Notes: a model not told the origin generated them from the letters alone. Positions 1-10,737 are shown, numbered from the stretch's first letter. The stretch: 64,000 bases of DNA from an uncultured Actinomycetota bacterium (GCA_963747525.1 CAVVFH010000001.1:754647-818646), one strand, 5' to 3'. Made by a program: numbers and translations.

Positions 1-1
1 C

Positions 2-2491
2 GAGGACCAGGGGCTGAGCCTCTACCCCCACCAGGACGAGGCCCTCATCGAGCTGCTCAGCGGCAACCACGTCATCCTGGCCACGCCCACCGGGTCGGGG
101 AAGTCGCTCGTCGCCACCGGTGCGCTGTTCGCCCGGCTGGCTGCGACGGTCGGGGGTCCACGGGGACGGAGACGCCGGGCGGGGTTCTACACCGCGCCGA
201 TCAAGGCGCTGGTGAGCGAGAAGTTCTTCGCCATGTGCGACATCTTCGGGTCGGCGAACGTCGGGATGCTGACCGGCGACGCGTCGGTGAACCCGGAGGC
301 GCCGATCATCTGCTGCACCGCCGAGGTGCTCGCCAACATCGCGTTGCGCGAGGGCGAGGCCGCGGACGTCGGCGTCGTGGTGATGGACGAGTTCCACTTC
401 TACTCCGAGCCGGACCGCGGATGGGCCTGGCAGGTCCCGTTGCTCGAGCTGCCGCAGGCGCAGTTCCTGCTGATGTCGGCGACCCTCGGCCCGGTCGACC
501 GCTTCGTCGACGACCTGGAACGCCGTACGGGGCGGGCGACCGCGGTGGTCGACGACGCCGAGCGGCCGGTGCCGCTCAGCTTCAGCTGGGCCGTCACGCC
601 GCTGACCGAGACGATCGAGGACCTGGTGACCAGCAACCAGGTCCCGGCGTACGTCGTGCACTTCACGCAGGCCGCCGCGGTCGAGCAGGCCAACGCGCTG
701 CGGTCGATGAAGAAGCTGGTGACCCGCGAGGGGAAGGACCGGATCGCCGCGGAGATCGGGGACTTCCGCTTCGGCGCGGGCTTCGGCCGCACGCTGTCGA
801 CGCTGGTGCGCAACGGGATCGGGGTCCACCACGCCGGGATGCTCCCCCGCTACCGTCGGCTCGTGGAGCAGCTGGCCCAGCAGGGGCTGCTCAAGGTCAT
901 CTGCGGCACCGACACCCTCGGCGTGGGCATCAACGTGCCGATCCGGACCGTGCTCTTCACCGGGCTGGCGAAGTTCGACGGCACCCGGCAGCGCGTGCTG
1001 CGCACCCGCGAGTTCCAGCAGATCGCGGGACGCGCCGGCCGGGCGGGTTTCGACACGGTGGGGTACGTCGTCGTCCAGGCACCCGAGCACGTCATCGAGA
1101 ACGAGCGCCGCATCGCCAAGGCCGGCGACGACCCCAAGAAGCTCAAGCGTGTCCAGCGCACGAAGCCGCCGGAGGGCGCGATCGTGTGGAACGAGCAGAC
1201 CTTCGACAAGCTCGTGCACGGACAGCCGGAGCCGCTGGTCTCCCGGATGAAGGTCGACAACGGGCTGCTGATCAACGTGGTGGCCCGGGAGACCGACGCC
1301 TTCCCGGTGATGCGCCGGCTGATGCTCGACAACCACGAGGAGCGGCGGAAGCAGCTCCGCCTGGCCCGTCGGGCCCTGCGGCTCGCCCGCTCGCTGGTGC
1401 ACTCCGGGGTGCTCACCCGGCTGGACGAGGTGGACGAGCACGGCCGGCGCTACGCGCTGACCGTCGACCTGCCGCCGGACTTCGCGCTGAACCAGCCGCT
1501 GGCGCACTTCGCGCTGGCCGCTCTCGACGTCCTCGACCCGGAGAGCCCGACGTACACCTTCGACATCGTCTCCGTCGTGGAGTCGGTCCTCGAGGCGCCG
1601 CGACAGGTGCTGTTCGCCCAGCAGAACGCGGCGCGCGGCGAGGCCGTCGCCGCCATGAAGGCTGACGGCATCGAGTACGAGGAGCGGATGAAGCTGCTCG
1701 AGGAGGTCACCTGGCCGCAGCCGCTGGCCGAGCTGCTCACCGCCACCTACGAGATCTACAGGCAGACCCACCCCTGGTTGCCCGAGGACGCCCTGTCGCC
1801 GAAGTCGGTGGTGCGGGAGATGTACGAGCAAGGCATGTCGTTCACCGACTTCGTCAGCCGCTACCAGCTGTCCCGCTCCGAGGGGCTGGTGCTGCGCTAC
1901 CTCACCGACGCCTACCGGACCTTCCGGCACACGGTGCCGGACGCCCACCGCACCCCGGAGCTCGACGACCTCGTGGAGTGGCTCGGCGAGACCGTCCGGC
2001 AGACCGACTCCTCCCTGCTCGAGGAGTGGGAGGCGCTGGCCGACCCCGACCACGCCGAGGAGCACCGGCACGTCCCCACCCCGCCACGACTGCTGTCGCA
2101 GCAGGACCGGGTCCTGCAGGTGATGGTCCGCAACGCGATGTTCCGGCGGGTGGCCCTGGCCGCCCGGGACGACGTCGACGGGCTCGCGGCGCTCGAGCGG
2201 GCCGACGCCGAGCGGGTCGACCCGCCGCGCGAGGTGGTGATGACGCGACGGATGTGGGACGACGCACTGGAGGCCTACTACGCCGAGCACGACTCGGTCG
2301 GGACCGGCCCGGACGCGCGCGGCCCCGACCTCATCCAGCTGTCCCGGGAGGCCCGCACCTGGCACGTCCGGCAGACCCTGGACGACCCGGCCGGGGACCG
2401 CGACTGGGTGATCGAGGCGGACGTCGACCTCGACGCCACCGACGAGGCCGGGGAGGCCGCGCTCACCACCACCGCGATGCGCCGGCTGTAG
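2..2491 (+). CDS. Ski2/HelY-like DEAD/DEAH-box helicase (DUF3516-type C-terminus), 5' end outside window
   Basis: Frame is open from base 2: YPHQDEA Q-motif, Walker A TPTGSGKS, APIKALVSEK, DEFH, SAT, HHAG, QIAGRAGR. Confidence 0.9.
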   Translation, partial: EDQGLSLYPHQDEALIELLSGNHVILATPTGSGKSLVATGALFARLAATVGGPRGRRRRAGFYTAPIKALVSEKFFAMCDIFGSANVGMLTGDASVNPEAPIICCTAEVLANIALREGEAADVGVVVMDEFHFYSEPDRGWAWQVPLLELPQAQFLLMSATLGPVDRFVDDLERRTGRATAVVDDAERPVPLSFSWAVTPLTETIEDLVTSNQVPAYVVHFTQAAAVEQANALRSMKKLVTREGKDRIAAEIGDFRFGAGFGRTLSTLVRNGIGVHHAGMLPRYRRLVEQLAQQGLLKVICGTDTLGVGINVPIRTVLFTGLAKFDGTRQRVLRTREFQQIAGRAGRAGFDTVGYVVVQAPEHVIENERRIAKAGDDPKKLKRVQRTKPPEGAIVWNEQTFDKLVHGQPEPLVSRMKVDNGLLINVVARETDAFPVMRRLMLDNHEERRKQLRLARRALRLARSLVHSGVLTRLDEVDEHGRRYALTVDLPPDFALNQPLAHFALAALDVLDPESPTYTFDIVSVVESVLEAPRQVLFAQQNAARGEAVAAMKADGIEYEERMKLLEEVTWPQPLAELLTATYEIYRQTHPWLPEDALSPKSVVREMYEQGMSFTDFVSRYQLSRSEGLVLRYLTDAYRTFRHTVPDAHRTPELDDLVEWLGETVRQTDSSLLEEWEALADPDHAEEHRHVPTPPRLLSQQDRVLQVMVRNAMFRRVALAARDDVDGLAALERADAERVDPPREVVMTRRMWDDALEAYYAEHDSVGTGPDARGPDLIQLSREARTWHVRQTLDDPAGDRDWVIEADVDLDATDEAGEAALTTTAMRRL

Positions 2492-2498
2492 CACCCCG

Positions 2499-4214
2499 TC
2501 AGGGGCGGGACTTCTTGTGCCGCGGCTTCTTCGTGCGCTCGGAGGGTGGTGGTCCCTCCGGGCTGAGGCCGATCAGCTTGCCGGAGATGCGGGTGCGCTC
2601 CAGGGCCCGGAACGTCTCGGCCGACAGGTCCGCGGGCAGCTCCACGTAGGAGTGGTCCCCGCGGATGTCGATGTGGCCGAAGTCCGCCCGGTCGAGGCCG
2701 CCCTCGTTGGCGATCGCCCCCACGATCTGCCGGGGCTCCACCTTGTGCCGCTTGCCGACCTCGATGCGGTACGTCGCCAGCGGCACCTCCGGCCCGCGCC
2801 GCCGCGACCGGGCGGGTCCCTTCGCCGCGGGGCGGTCGGACCTCCGGGCAGGGGGCACCGGCTCCGGCTGCGGCTCCATCAGCAGCGGCTGGCCGTCCTG
2901 GCCCAGCACGGCGAGCGCCGCGGCGATGTCCCGCGCGGGCACGTCGTGCTCCTGCTCGTAGTCGGCCACGAGGTCGCGGAAGAACTCCAGCGACGGCGAC
3001 CCCAGGGCGGTCGTGATGGAGTCGGTGAACCGGGCCACCCTGGTCTGGTTGACGTCCTCCACCGTCGGCAGCCGCATCGGTGTGAGCTTCTGGCGGGTCG
3101 CCTTCTCGATGGCCCGCAGCAGGTGCCGCTCCCGCGGGGTCACGAACGAGATGGCGTCACCGGTCCGGCCGGCCCGCCCGGTGCGCCCGATGCGGTGCAC
3201 GTAGGACTCGGTGTCGGTGGGGATGTCGTAGTTGACGACGTGGCTGATGCGCTCCACGTCGAGGCCGCGCGCGGCCACGTCGGTGGCCACGAGGATGTCG
3301 AGCTTGGCCCGCCGCAGCTGGTCGATGGTGCGCTCCCGCTGCTGCTGCGGCACGTCGCCGTTGATGGCGGTCGCCGAGAAGCCGCGGGCGCGCAGGCGCT
3401 CGGCCAGCGTCTCGGTCTCCTGCTTGGTCCGGACGAAGACGATCATGCCCTCGAAGTTCTCGACCTCGAGGATCCGCGTCAGGGCGTCGATCTTCTGCGG
3501 GTAGGCGACCTCGAGGTAGCGCTGCGTGGTGTTCGCCGCCGTCGTCGTCCGGGACTTGACGGTGATCTCGGCGGCGTCGGTGAGGTACTTCTTCGAGATG
3601 CGGCGGATCTGGGCCGGCATCGTGGCGCTGAACAGCGCCACGTGCTTGTCCGCCGGGGTGTCGGCCAGGATCGTCTCGACGTCCTCGGCGAACCCCATCT
3701 TGAGCATCTCGTCGGCCTCGTCGAGCACCAGGAAGCGCAGCTCGGTCAGGTCGAGGGTGCCCTTGTCGAGGTGGTCCATGATCCGACCCGGCGTGCCGAC
3801 GATCACGTGCACGCCGCGGCGGAGCGCGGACAGCTGGACGCCGTACCCCTGCCCGCCGTAGACGGGCAGCACGTGGAGGCCGGGCAGGTGGGCGGCGTAC
3901 CGCTCGAAGGCCTCCGAGACCTGCAGCGCCAGCTCGCGGGTCGGGGCCAGCACCAGCGCCTGCGGCGTCTTCTGCCGCAGGTCGATCCGGGACAGGATCG
4001 GGACCGCGAACGCCGCGGTCTTGCCCGTGCCGGTCTGCGCCAGTCCCACCACGTGCCGGCCCTCCAGCAGCGCGGGGATGGTGGCCGCCTGGATGGGCGA
4101 CGGCGTCTCGTAGCCGACGTCGCGGAGCGCCTGCAGCACCCGCTTGTCGATCCCCAGGTCGGCGAAGGTCGGGCGGTCGTCTGGCTCCCCGGGGCGGTCG
4201 CTCTGCTCGGTCAC
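2499..4214 (-). CDS. deaD: DEAD-box RNA helicase DeaD/CsdA with C-terminal DbpA RNA-binding domain
   Basis: AQTGTGKT, PTRELA, DEAD, SAT, HRIGRTGRAG; C-terminal YRIEVGKRHKVEPRQIVGAIANEGG. Start placed at GTG 4214 (uncertain). Confidence 0.9.
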   Translation of the reverse strand: MTEQSDRPGEPDDRPTFADLGIDKRVLQALRDVGYETPSPIQAATIPALLEGRHVVGLAQTGTGKTAAFAVPILSRIDLRQKTPQALVLAPTRELALQVSEAFERYAAHLPGLHVLPVYGGQGYGVQLSALRRGVHVIVGTPGRIMDHLDKGTLDLTELRFLVLDEADEMLKMGFAEDVETILADTPADKHVALFSATMPAQIRRISKKYLTDAAEITVKSRTTTAANTTQRYLEVAYPQKIDALTRILEVENFEGMIVFVRTKQETETLAERLRARGFSATAINGDVPQQQRERTIDQLRRAKLDILVATDVAARGLDVERISHVVNYDIPTDTESYVHRIGRTGRAGRTGDAISFVTPRERHLLRAIEKATRQKLTPMRLPTVEDVNQTRVARFTDSITTALGSPSLEFFRDLVADYEQEHDVPARDIAAALAVLGQDGQPLLMEPQPEPVPPARRSDRPAAKGPARSRRRGPEVPLATYRIEVGKRHKVEPRQIVGAIANEGGLDRADFGHIDIRGDHSYVELPADLSAETFRALERTRISGKLIGLSPEGPPPSERTKKPRHKKSRP

Positions 4215-4395
4215 CGGAGGGCTCGTCTCGACATGACGCCAGCGTAGGGCCCGTCGCGCCCGCTGCCGACCGGCGCAGGCGGTGCGTGCGTCGAACCCCA
4301 CACGTTGTGCGGGCATCGGTTGCGGGTTTTCCTCAGCCGGGGCGCCGCACTGCCGATCGGGCGCTTGGAGACCGCATTTCTAGGGAGGTACGTCG

Positions 4396-5289
4396 GTGGA
4401 GACGATGTTGGGGGCAGGCACGGTCGTCATGGGGAACTACCGAGCGCTGGTGTCCTCCGTGGACGCGCTCGAACCACTGCCCCTCACGGTCATCCGGCTC
4501 ACCGAGGTGATCTCCGACGGGGAGCACGACATCTCCGAGATCGTGGAGATCGTCTCCCTCGACCAGGCGCTGACCGCGGCGCTGCTGCGCCGCGCCAACT
4601 CGGCGATGGCGGGCGGCCGCACCCCGGTGGCCACCGTCCGCGAGGCCGTCGTGCGACTGGGGTCAGGACCGCTGCTGTCGATGGCGTTCGCCGCGACCGT
4701 CGGCAACCGGATGAACGCCGCGCTGCCCGCCTACGGCATGGTGGAGGGCCAGCTGTGGCAGCACTCGGTGGCGGCGTCGGTGACCGCGGACGTGGTGCGG
4801 ACGATGGCCAACAGCTACGTGCCCGCGGAGGCCTCCACCGCCGCGCTGCTGCACGACATCGGCAAGGTGGTGATCTGCAACCACTTCGGCCCCCAGACGG
4901 TGCGCATGTTGGAGAAGGCCGCGGAGACCGACCACGTGTCGGCCCTCGAGGTGGAGCGCTCGGTGTTCGGTGCCGACCACGCGCAGATCGGCGGGCTGGT
5001 CGCCGGCCGCTGGAACCTGCCGGAGACGATCGTCGAGGCGATCACCTACCACCACGACCTCACCACCGACCAGACGCCGATCGGCGCCGCGGTGGCGCTC
5101 GCGCACGCGCTGCTGCCCCAGGTGATCGACGGCCCCACGCCCGGGCACGCCGCTCAGGAGACCCCCGTGCTGGCCGGCGCCCTCCACGTCCTGGAGATGT
5201 CCCCGATCGCCCTGCCAGGCCTGGTCGAGTCGGCGCAGCACCGCTACGCGACGCTCGAGGCCCGCTACGCCGGCGGCGACAGGCGCTAG
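4396..5289 (+). CDS. Stand-alone HDOD domain protein
   Basis: DQALTAALLRRANS, LWQHSVA, ALLHDIGK, DHAQIGGLVAGRWNLPETIVEAITYHHD; GGAGG RBS upstream. Confidence 0.85.
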   Translation: METMLGAGTVVMGNYRALVSSVDALEPLPLTVIRLTEVISDGEHDISEIVEIVSLDQALTAALLRRANSAMAGGRTPVATVREAVVRLGSGPLLSMAFAATVGNRMNAALPAYGMVEGQLWQHSVAASVTADVVRTMANSYVPAEASTAALLHDIGKVVICNHFGPQTVRMLEKAAETDHVSALEVERSVFGADHAQIGGLVAGRWNLPETIVEAITYHHDLTTDQTPIGAAVALAHALLPQVIDGPTPGHAAQETPVLAGALHVLEMSPIALPGLVESAQHRYATLEARYAGGDRR

Positions 5290-7440
5290 TCGGAGAGCGA
5301 CTCGCGCTGCGTGAGTGCCTCGGTGAGCAGTGCCACCAGGGCCTCGAGCTGCACGTCGACCGAGGACACCTCGGTGTCGGAGGCGTCGAGCGCCCGGGCG
5401 GCCAGGCCCGCCTTGCTGTCGATGAGCTCGGCGATGCGGGTGTCGATGGTCTGCGCCGCGATGATCCGCCACGCGGTCACCGGCTCCTCCTGGCCGATCC
5501 GGTGGATCCGGTCGATCGCCTGGGTCTGCTCCGCGTCGGTCCACGAGAGCTCGGCCAGGACCATGTTGGAGGCGACCTGGAGGTTCAGCCCCACCCCTGC
5601 GGCGCTGAGCGAGCAGACGACGATCTCGACGTCCGGGTCCTCGACGAAGGCGTCGATGTTGCGCTGCCGGGCCGTCTTGGTCTGGTCCCCGCGGATGGAG
5701 GAGTAGCTTGATCCCCCGCCGGTCGAACGTCTCCTCGGCGACGTCCATGACGTCGATGTGCTTGGCGAAGAACACCACCTTGCCGACGTTGCGGGCCAGC
5801 TGGGCGGCGTAGTCCGCGGCCAGGCCTGCCTTCGCCTGACCGATGCGGCGCATCATCATGAAGACGTTCTCGTCACCGGTGCCGGTGGAGGTGTCCTCCC
5901 GCTCCCAGGTGGCGACCCGGCGGACCAGCTCGTGGTCGATCCCCTCCACGACCGCGCCGGCCCGGCGCGTGGCCAGCGCGGTGTCGTAGCGCTCCACGAG
6001 CCGTCGCGCCAGGTTCCGCTCCGACTCGCGGATCGAGCGGCCCGCCTCGTCGTCGAGCTCCACGGGCAGGTCGGCGACCCGGCGAGCCGGGATGTCCTTG
6101 GCGACGTCGATCTTGCGCCGACGGACGATCCCCATCTCCACCACGCAGTTGCGCGCCGCGCGGTAGAACCCGGGGTCGCCGGGCGCCAGACCGGTGTCCT
6201 CCAGCGCCGCCATCAGCTCGCCCAGCGGCTTGGTCTCGTCGATCCAGCCGAGGAGCTGCCAGATGGCGCGGAAGTCCTCGATGTCGTTGATGAGCGGCGT
6301 CCCGGTGAGCGCCATGAGCAGCGGCCGGGGGATGCGGGCCCGGATGCGGTCGGAGAGGTGCAGCACGTTCTGCGAGCGCTGCGACGTCTTGTTCTTGATG
6401 AAGTGCGCCTCGTCGACGACCATCCCGCGGAACCCGAAGTCGCCGAGCCAGCCGACGTGCCGGTCCAGGATCTCGTAGTTCACGATGACGATGTCGGCGA
6501 AGCCGTCGACCTCCTCGCCGTTGCCGTGGATCACCGTGGACGGCCGCCGCGGCGTCCACAGCTCCGCCTCGCGGGCCCAGTTGATCTTGACCACGTTCGG
6601 CACCACGACCAGCAAGGGATAGGCCTCGGCCGCCTGGGCGGCGAGCAGGGCCTGCGCCGTCTTGCCGAGGCCGGGCTCGTCGGCGAGCAGGAAGGTCCGG
6701 TGCCCGGACGCCGCCGAGGCGACGACCTGCGCCTGGTGCGGCATCAGCTCCAGGCCACGGGGGACCCGGAGGGTCGTCGGCTCCGGGAGCGGCTTGCTGG
6801 CCAGCGCGCCGGCACCGGTGAACTCGAACGAACGGAACAGCGGGCCGAGCAGCTCCCACCCGGCGAGCCGCTGGGGCTGCACCATCCGCCGGCGCGCCCC
6901 CTCGAAGTCCGGGGCGAGGAACGGGTTCGCCAGCTGTCGGGAGATGACCGACCGCGGGACCACCCGGCGGTCGTTGGCCGTCGGGGCCGCCGCCGGCCGC
7001 GCGGGTGCGCGCTCCTCCGGCGGCACCTCGACCCCCGCCGCCTCGAGCATGGATCGCCGCAACGACCGAGCGGAGTCGCTGACCTCGGCGTCCTCGGCGA
7101 GCAGCGCCAGCAGCCCGGTCTCCCGGGCCGCGGTCTTCGCCAGGATGGTCGCCACCCCGTCGAGGCGCTTGAGCTGCGAGGCCCGTTCGGTCTCGCTGAC
7201 GTCCTCGGCGTCGCGGACCCGGGTCCGCTCCTCGCGGACCAGCAGGGCGACGACCTGGAACTTGGTGCGGACCGAGGAGGTGACGGCTCCGCGCTGCACG
7301 GCCGCCTCGACCTCCCGGACGGCTCGCGCGAGGACGGGGATGATGCCGTCGTTGTCGCGCTCGCGGACGGCCTGCTGGCCCCGCTGACCTCGCGACGACG
7401 TACGCCGAGCGCTCGACTGGCGCTGGCCTCCTCGAGCCAC
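5286..7440 (-). CDS. SNF2-family helicase/ATPase, interrupted by a 1-nt frameshift near 5707
   Basis: LADEPGLGKT, DEAH, LTGTP. After RRGIK the frame shifts to YSSIRGDQ...SLSAAGVGLNLQ...QAIDRIHRIGQ (helicase C-terminal motifs), ending at 5286. Confidence 0.85.
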
Positions 7441-7646
7441 GGACCCTCCTCTGCGTGCCCCTGCCCAGCCGGAGCGGACCGACCCGCTCCCCGGCCCGGC
7501 GCCGGAGCCATGGGACGTCGAGCGGAGCCGGCCGGGGTGGCCACTCCGGGACGTGCGCTTGTCCCACGGATCTGCGAGAGACCGAGCGTGGGACCGGACG
7601 AATCCGCACGCGGTGGGACCTGACTGCCCATGATACCCCCCGGGCG

Positions 7647-9203
7647 TCAGGCAGGTGCACCTGCCGCCCCGGAACCGTCGGGCGTGACGTCGGCGGGCAG
7701 GGTCACGGTGAAGGTCGTCGACCCGGGCCGCGACGCCATCGCCAGCTCCCCGCCGTGCGCGGCGGTGATGGCGCGGGCCAGCGACAGCCCGAGCCCGGCG
7801 CCGCCGGAGTCCCGGGTGCGGGCGGCGTCGCCCCGGGTGAAGCGCTCGAAGAGGGAGCCCTGCAGCTCGTCCGGGATGCCGGGACCGTCGTCGTGGACGG
7901 TCACCACGACGGACGTCCCGTCCGACCCCGGGTGCGCGCCGACGGTGACCGTGGTGCCCGGCGGCGTGTGCCTGCGGGCGTTCGCCAGCAGGTTGGTGAT
8001 CACCTGGTGCAGCCGCTGCTCGTCGCCGCGCACCACCACCGGGACGTCGGCGAGGTCGAGCCGCCAGCGGTGCTCCGGAGCCAGGACCCGGGCGTCGGCT
8101 GCCGACTCCAGCACGAGCCGGGTGAGGTCGACCTCGTCGCGGGCCAGCGGCCGCCCCGCATCCAGTCGCGCCAGGAGCAGCAGGTCCTCCACCAGCGACG
8201 ACATGCGGTCGGCCTCCGCCTCGACCTTGCCCATCGCCTGGGTCAGCCGGACCACGTCCTCGGCGGTGCCGGGCCGGGCCCGCCGGCTGAGCTCGGCGTA
8301 CCCGTGGATGGTGGCGAGCGGTGTGCGCAGCTCGTGGGAGGCGTCGGCGACGAACTGCCGCACCTGCTGCTCGCTGCGGTGCCGTTCGTCGAGCGCCTGC
8401 TCGACGTGGCCGAGCAGGGTGTTGAGCGCGGCACCCACCTGGCCCACCTCGGTGTGCTCGTCGGTCAGCCGTCCCGGCACGCGCGCGGTCACCCCGATCT
8501 CGCCCTCCGACAGCGGAATTCCCGCCACCTCGTGCGCGGTGCGGGCCACCTCGCGCAGCGGGCGCAGCTGGCGGCGGACGACGACGAAGGCGACCGCGCC
8601 GGCCAGCAGCACGCCGGTCGCGCTGAACAGCCCCTCCCAGAGCACGAGCTTGCCCACGGTGCGGTCCACGGCGTGCGTCGGCAGCCCGGTGACCACGGTG
8701 ATGTCACCGAGGTCCCGGGCCCGCAGGCGGTAGCTGCCCAGTCCGGGCAGGTCGACCGCCTGCACCTGGTCGACGGCCGGCAGGTCCTGCAGCGCCTGGA
8801 GGACGTCGGGTCTAAGGGGCCGGCTGCCGCTGTCCGCGGTGAGCACGCGGCCGAACGCGTCCTTGGAGGTCAGGTACGCCGTGAGCGTGCCGGGGCCCTG
8901 GGCGCGGGCGTCCTCGACCGCCCGGTCCTCGTCGGGGCTCTCGCCGGACTCCTCGCCCGGGGCCCCAGGGGCGGGGTTCGACGCAGGTGGTCCGCCGTGC
9001 AGCAGCACCTCGACGTCACGGCCACTCGCCGCACGGACGTCCCGGTCGAGCTGTCCGGTCAGCGAGGAGCGGATCGCGATCGTGGTCGCCGTGGCGATGA
9101 GCAGGCTGACCAGCGTCACCAGCCCGACTGCGGTGATCACCAGCCCCGCGGTCAGGGTGAGGGACCGCCGAGGGTGCCCGGGAGCGGCTTCCCGATCAGG
9201 CAT
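7647..9203 (-). CDS. tcrY: HAMP-domain sensor histidine kinase (TcrY-like)
   Basis: Two TM segments, H-box DASHELRTPL, N-box NLLANARRH, DDGPG, GGAGLGL; overlaps the response regulator stop. Confidence 0.85.
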   Translation of the reverse strand: MPDREAAPGHPRRSLTLTAGLVITAVGLVTLVSLLIATATTIAIRSSLTGQLDRDVRAASGRDVEVLLHGGPPASNPAPGAPGEESGESPDEDRAVEDARAQGPGTLTAYLTSKDAFGRVLTADSGSRPLRPDVLQALQDLPAVDQVQAVDLPGLGSYRLRARDLGDITVVTGLPTHAVDRTVGKLVLWEGLFSATGVLLAGAVAFVVVRRQLRPLREVARTAHEVAGIPLSEGEIGVTARVPGRLTDEHTEVGQVGAALNTLLGHVEQALDERHRSEQQVRQFVADASHELRTPLATIHGYAELSRRARPGTAEDVVRLTQAMGKVEAEADRMSSLVEDLLLLARLDAGRPLARDEVDLTRLVLESAADARVLAPEHRWRLDLADVPVVVRGDEQRLHQVITNLLANARRHTPPGTTVTVGAHPGSDGTSVVVTVHDDGPGIPDELQGSLFERFTRGDAARTRDSGGAGLGLSLARAITAAHGGELAMASRPGSTTFTVTLPADVTPDGSGAAGAPA

Positions 9204-9930
9204 GGTCCCCCGCCGGCTTGAGCACGTAGCCGGCGCCGCGCATGGTGTGGATCATCGGCTCCCGGCCGGCGTCGACCTTCTTGCGCAGGTAGGAGATGTA
9301 GAGCTCGACCACGTTGGCCTGACCGCCGAAGTCGTAGTTCCACACCCGGTCGAGGATCTGCGCCTTGGACAGCACCCGCCGGGGGTTGCGCATGAGGTAG
9401 CGGAGCAGCTCGAACTCGGTGGCGGTCAGGGTGATGTCCTCCCCGGCACGCCAGACCTCGTGGCTGTCCTCGTCGAGCCGGAGGTCGCCGACGGTGAGCA
9501 CCGCGGTCTCCCGCCGGCTGCTCGCGCCGGCGCGCCGCATCAGCCCGCGCAGCCGGGCGACGAGCTCCTCCAGGCTGAACGGCTTGGTCACGTAGTCGTC
9601 CCCGCCCGCGGTGAGCCCGGCGATCCGGTCCTCCACGGCGTCCTTGGCGGTGAGGAACAGCACGGGCACGTCGGGCAGCGTGCCGCGAACCCGGCGCAGC
9701 ACCTCCAGCCCGTCGAAGTCGGGGAGCATGACGTCGAGCACGATCGCGTCGGGCTGCTGCTGCCTGGCCATGGACACCGCCTTGGTGCCGGTGTGCGCGG
9801 TGCTCGTCTCCCAGCCCTCGTAGCGCAGGGCCATGCTCACCAGCTCCGCCAGGTTGGTCTCGTCGTCGACGACGAGCACCCGCAGCGGGGAGCCGTCGGC
9901 ACGGGTCAGCTGGTCGTTGCCGCGGTTCAC
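9196..9930 (-). CDS. tcrX: OmpR/PhoB-family response regulator (TcrX-like)
   Basis: VLVVDDE, LDVMLP, GGDDYVTKPF, winged helix VELYISYLRKKVDAGREPMIHTMRGAGY; closely resembles mycobacterial TcrX as recalled. Confidence 0.85.
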   Translation of the reverse strand: MNRGNDQLTRADGSPLRVLVVDDETNLAELVSMALRYEGWETSTAHTGTKAVSMARQQQPDAIVLDVMLPDFDGLEVLRRVRGTLPDVPVLFLTAKDAVEDRIAGLTAGGDDYVTKPFSLEELVARLRGLMRRAGASSRRETAVLTVGDLRLDEDSHEVWRAGEDITLTATEFELLRYLMRNPRRVLSKAQILDRVWNYDFGGQANVVELYISYLRKKVDAGREPMIHTMRGAGYVLKPAGDHA

Positions 9931-9973
9931 GGGTCCAGCATGACGTGAGAGTGGGCCCAGATCCTAGGTGCCG

Positions 9974-9991
9974 GCTGTGAGCCCGCTGTGA
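9974..9991 (-). promoter_or_regulatory. Direct repeat TCACAGC-N4-TCACAGC, probable response-regulator binding site
   Basis: Plus strand GCTGTGA-GCCC-GCTGTGA; 11-bp period, about 44 bp upstream of the regulator start; same as the mycobacterial PhoP consensus. Confidence 0.7.
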
Positions 9992-10016
9992 GTGCCGACG
10001 GGTGACCCGCGGCGGT

Positions 10017-10652
10017 CTACCCGGGGACGGGGTAGTTGTGGTCGCGCAGCAGCCGGGCGAGATGGGCGGCGTTGGCGGCAACCGACCGCGTCGTCTGGGC
10101 GGTCTTCTCGGGCGTCTGGTCGAGGTCCTGGTAGTCGGTGGCTCCCATCGCCTCGCCGACCCAGTAGGTCACCGCCTGCGGCGGCACGGTGAAGCCGACG
10201 TCGGACAGGGACTGGTAGACCTCGGCGCTGACGTGGTGCGCGCCGTCCTCGTTGCCGACCACGGCGAGAGCCACCACCTTGCCGAACATCGACGGGCGGC
10301 CCTGCTCGTCGGTCTCCGCCAGCTCGGCGTCGAGGCGTTCGAGGACCATCTTGCAGACCGACGAGGGCTGACCCATCCAGATCGGGGTGGCGATCACCAG
10401 GATGTCGGCGGCCAGCACCTTCTCCCGCAGCGCGGGCCACTCGTCGCCGTCGCCCTCGTCGGTGCTGACGCCGAAGCGGATGGTGTGGTCGACAACGCGC
10501 ACGACCTCGCTGGTCACCTTGTGCTCGGCCAGGGCGTCGACCACCTGCCGCCCGAGCGTCTCCGAGCTGGAGCTCTCCGGCGACGTCTTGAGCGTGCAGT
10601 TGAGCACGAGTGCGGACAGCGGGAGGACCGAGGGCGGCGCGTTTCCAGTCAT
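10017..10652 (-). CDS. Flavodoxin-like / NADPH-dependent FMN reductase family protein
   Basis: LNCTLK, ADILVIATPIWMGQPSS, VVGNEDGAHH. Confidence 0.8.
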   Translation of the reverse strand: MTGNAPPSVLPLSALVLNCTLKTSPESSSSETLGRQVVDALAEHKVTSEVVRVVDHTIRFGVSTDEGDGDEWPALREKVLAADILVIATPIWMGQPSSVCKMVLERLDAELAETDEQGRPSMFGKVVALAVVGNEDGAHHVSAEVYQSLSDVGFTVPPQAVTYWVGEAMGATDYQDLDQTPEKTAQTTRSVAANAAHLARLLRDHNYPVPG

Positions 10653-10737
10653 GGTCTCGAACGTATCCGCCGGCCGGTCACCTCAACCTCCTTCCAGGGG
10701 CTGTTCCCGGACGGCTGGAGGGGGTACGGATAGGGCC

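Noticed and set aside
2-7440. Helicase cluster as an anti-phage defence system
   Set aside because: All three resemble widespread housekeeping actinobacterial helicases, they are not co-oriented, and no nuclease, methylase or other defence partner is present.
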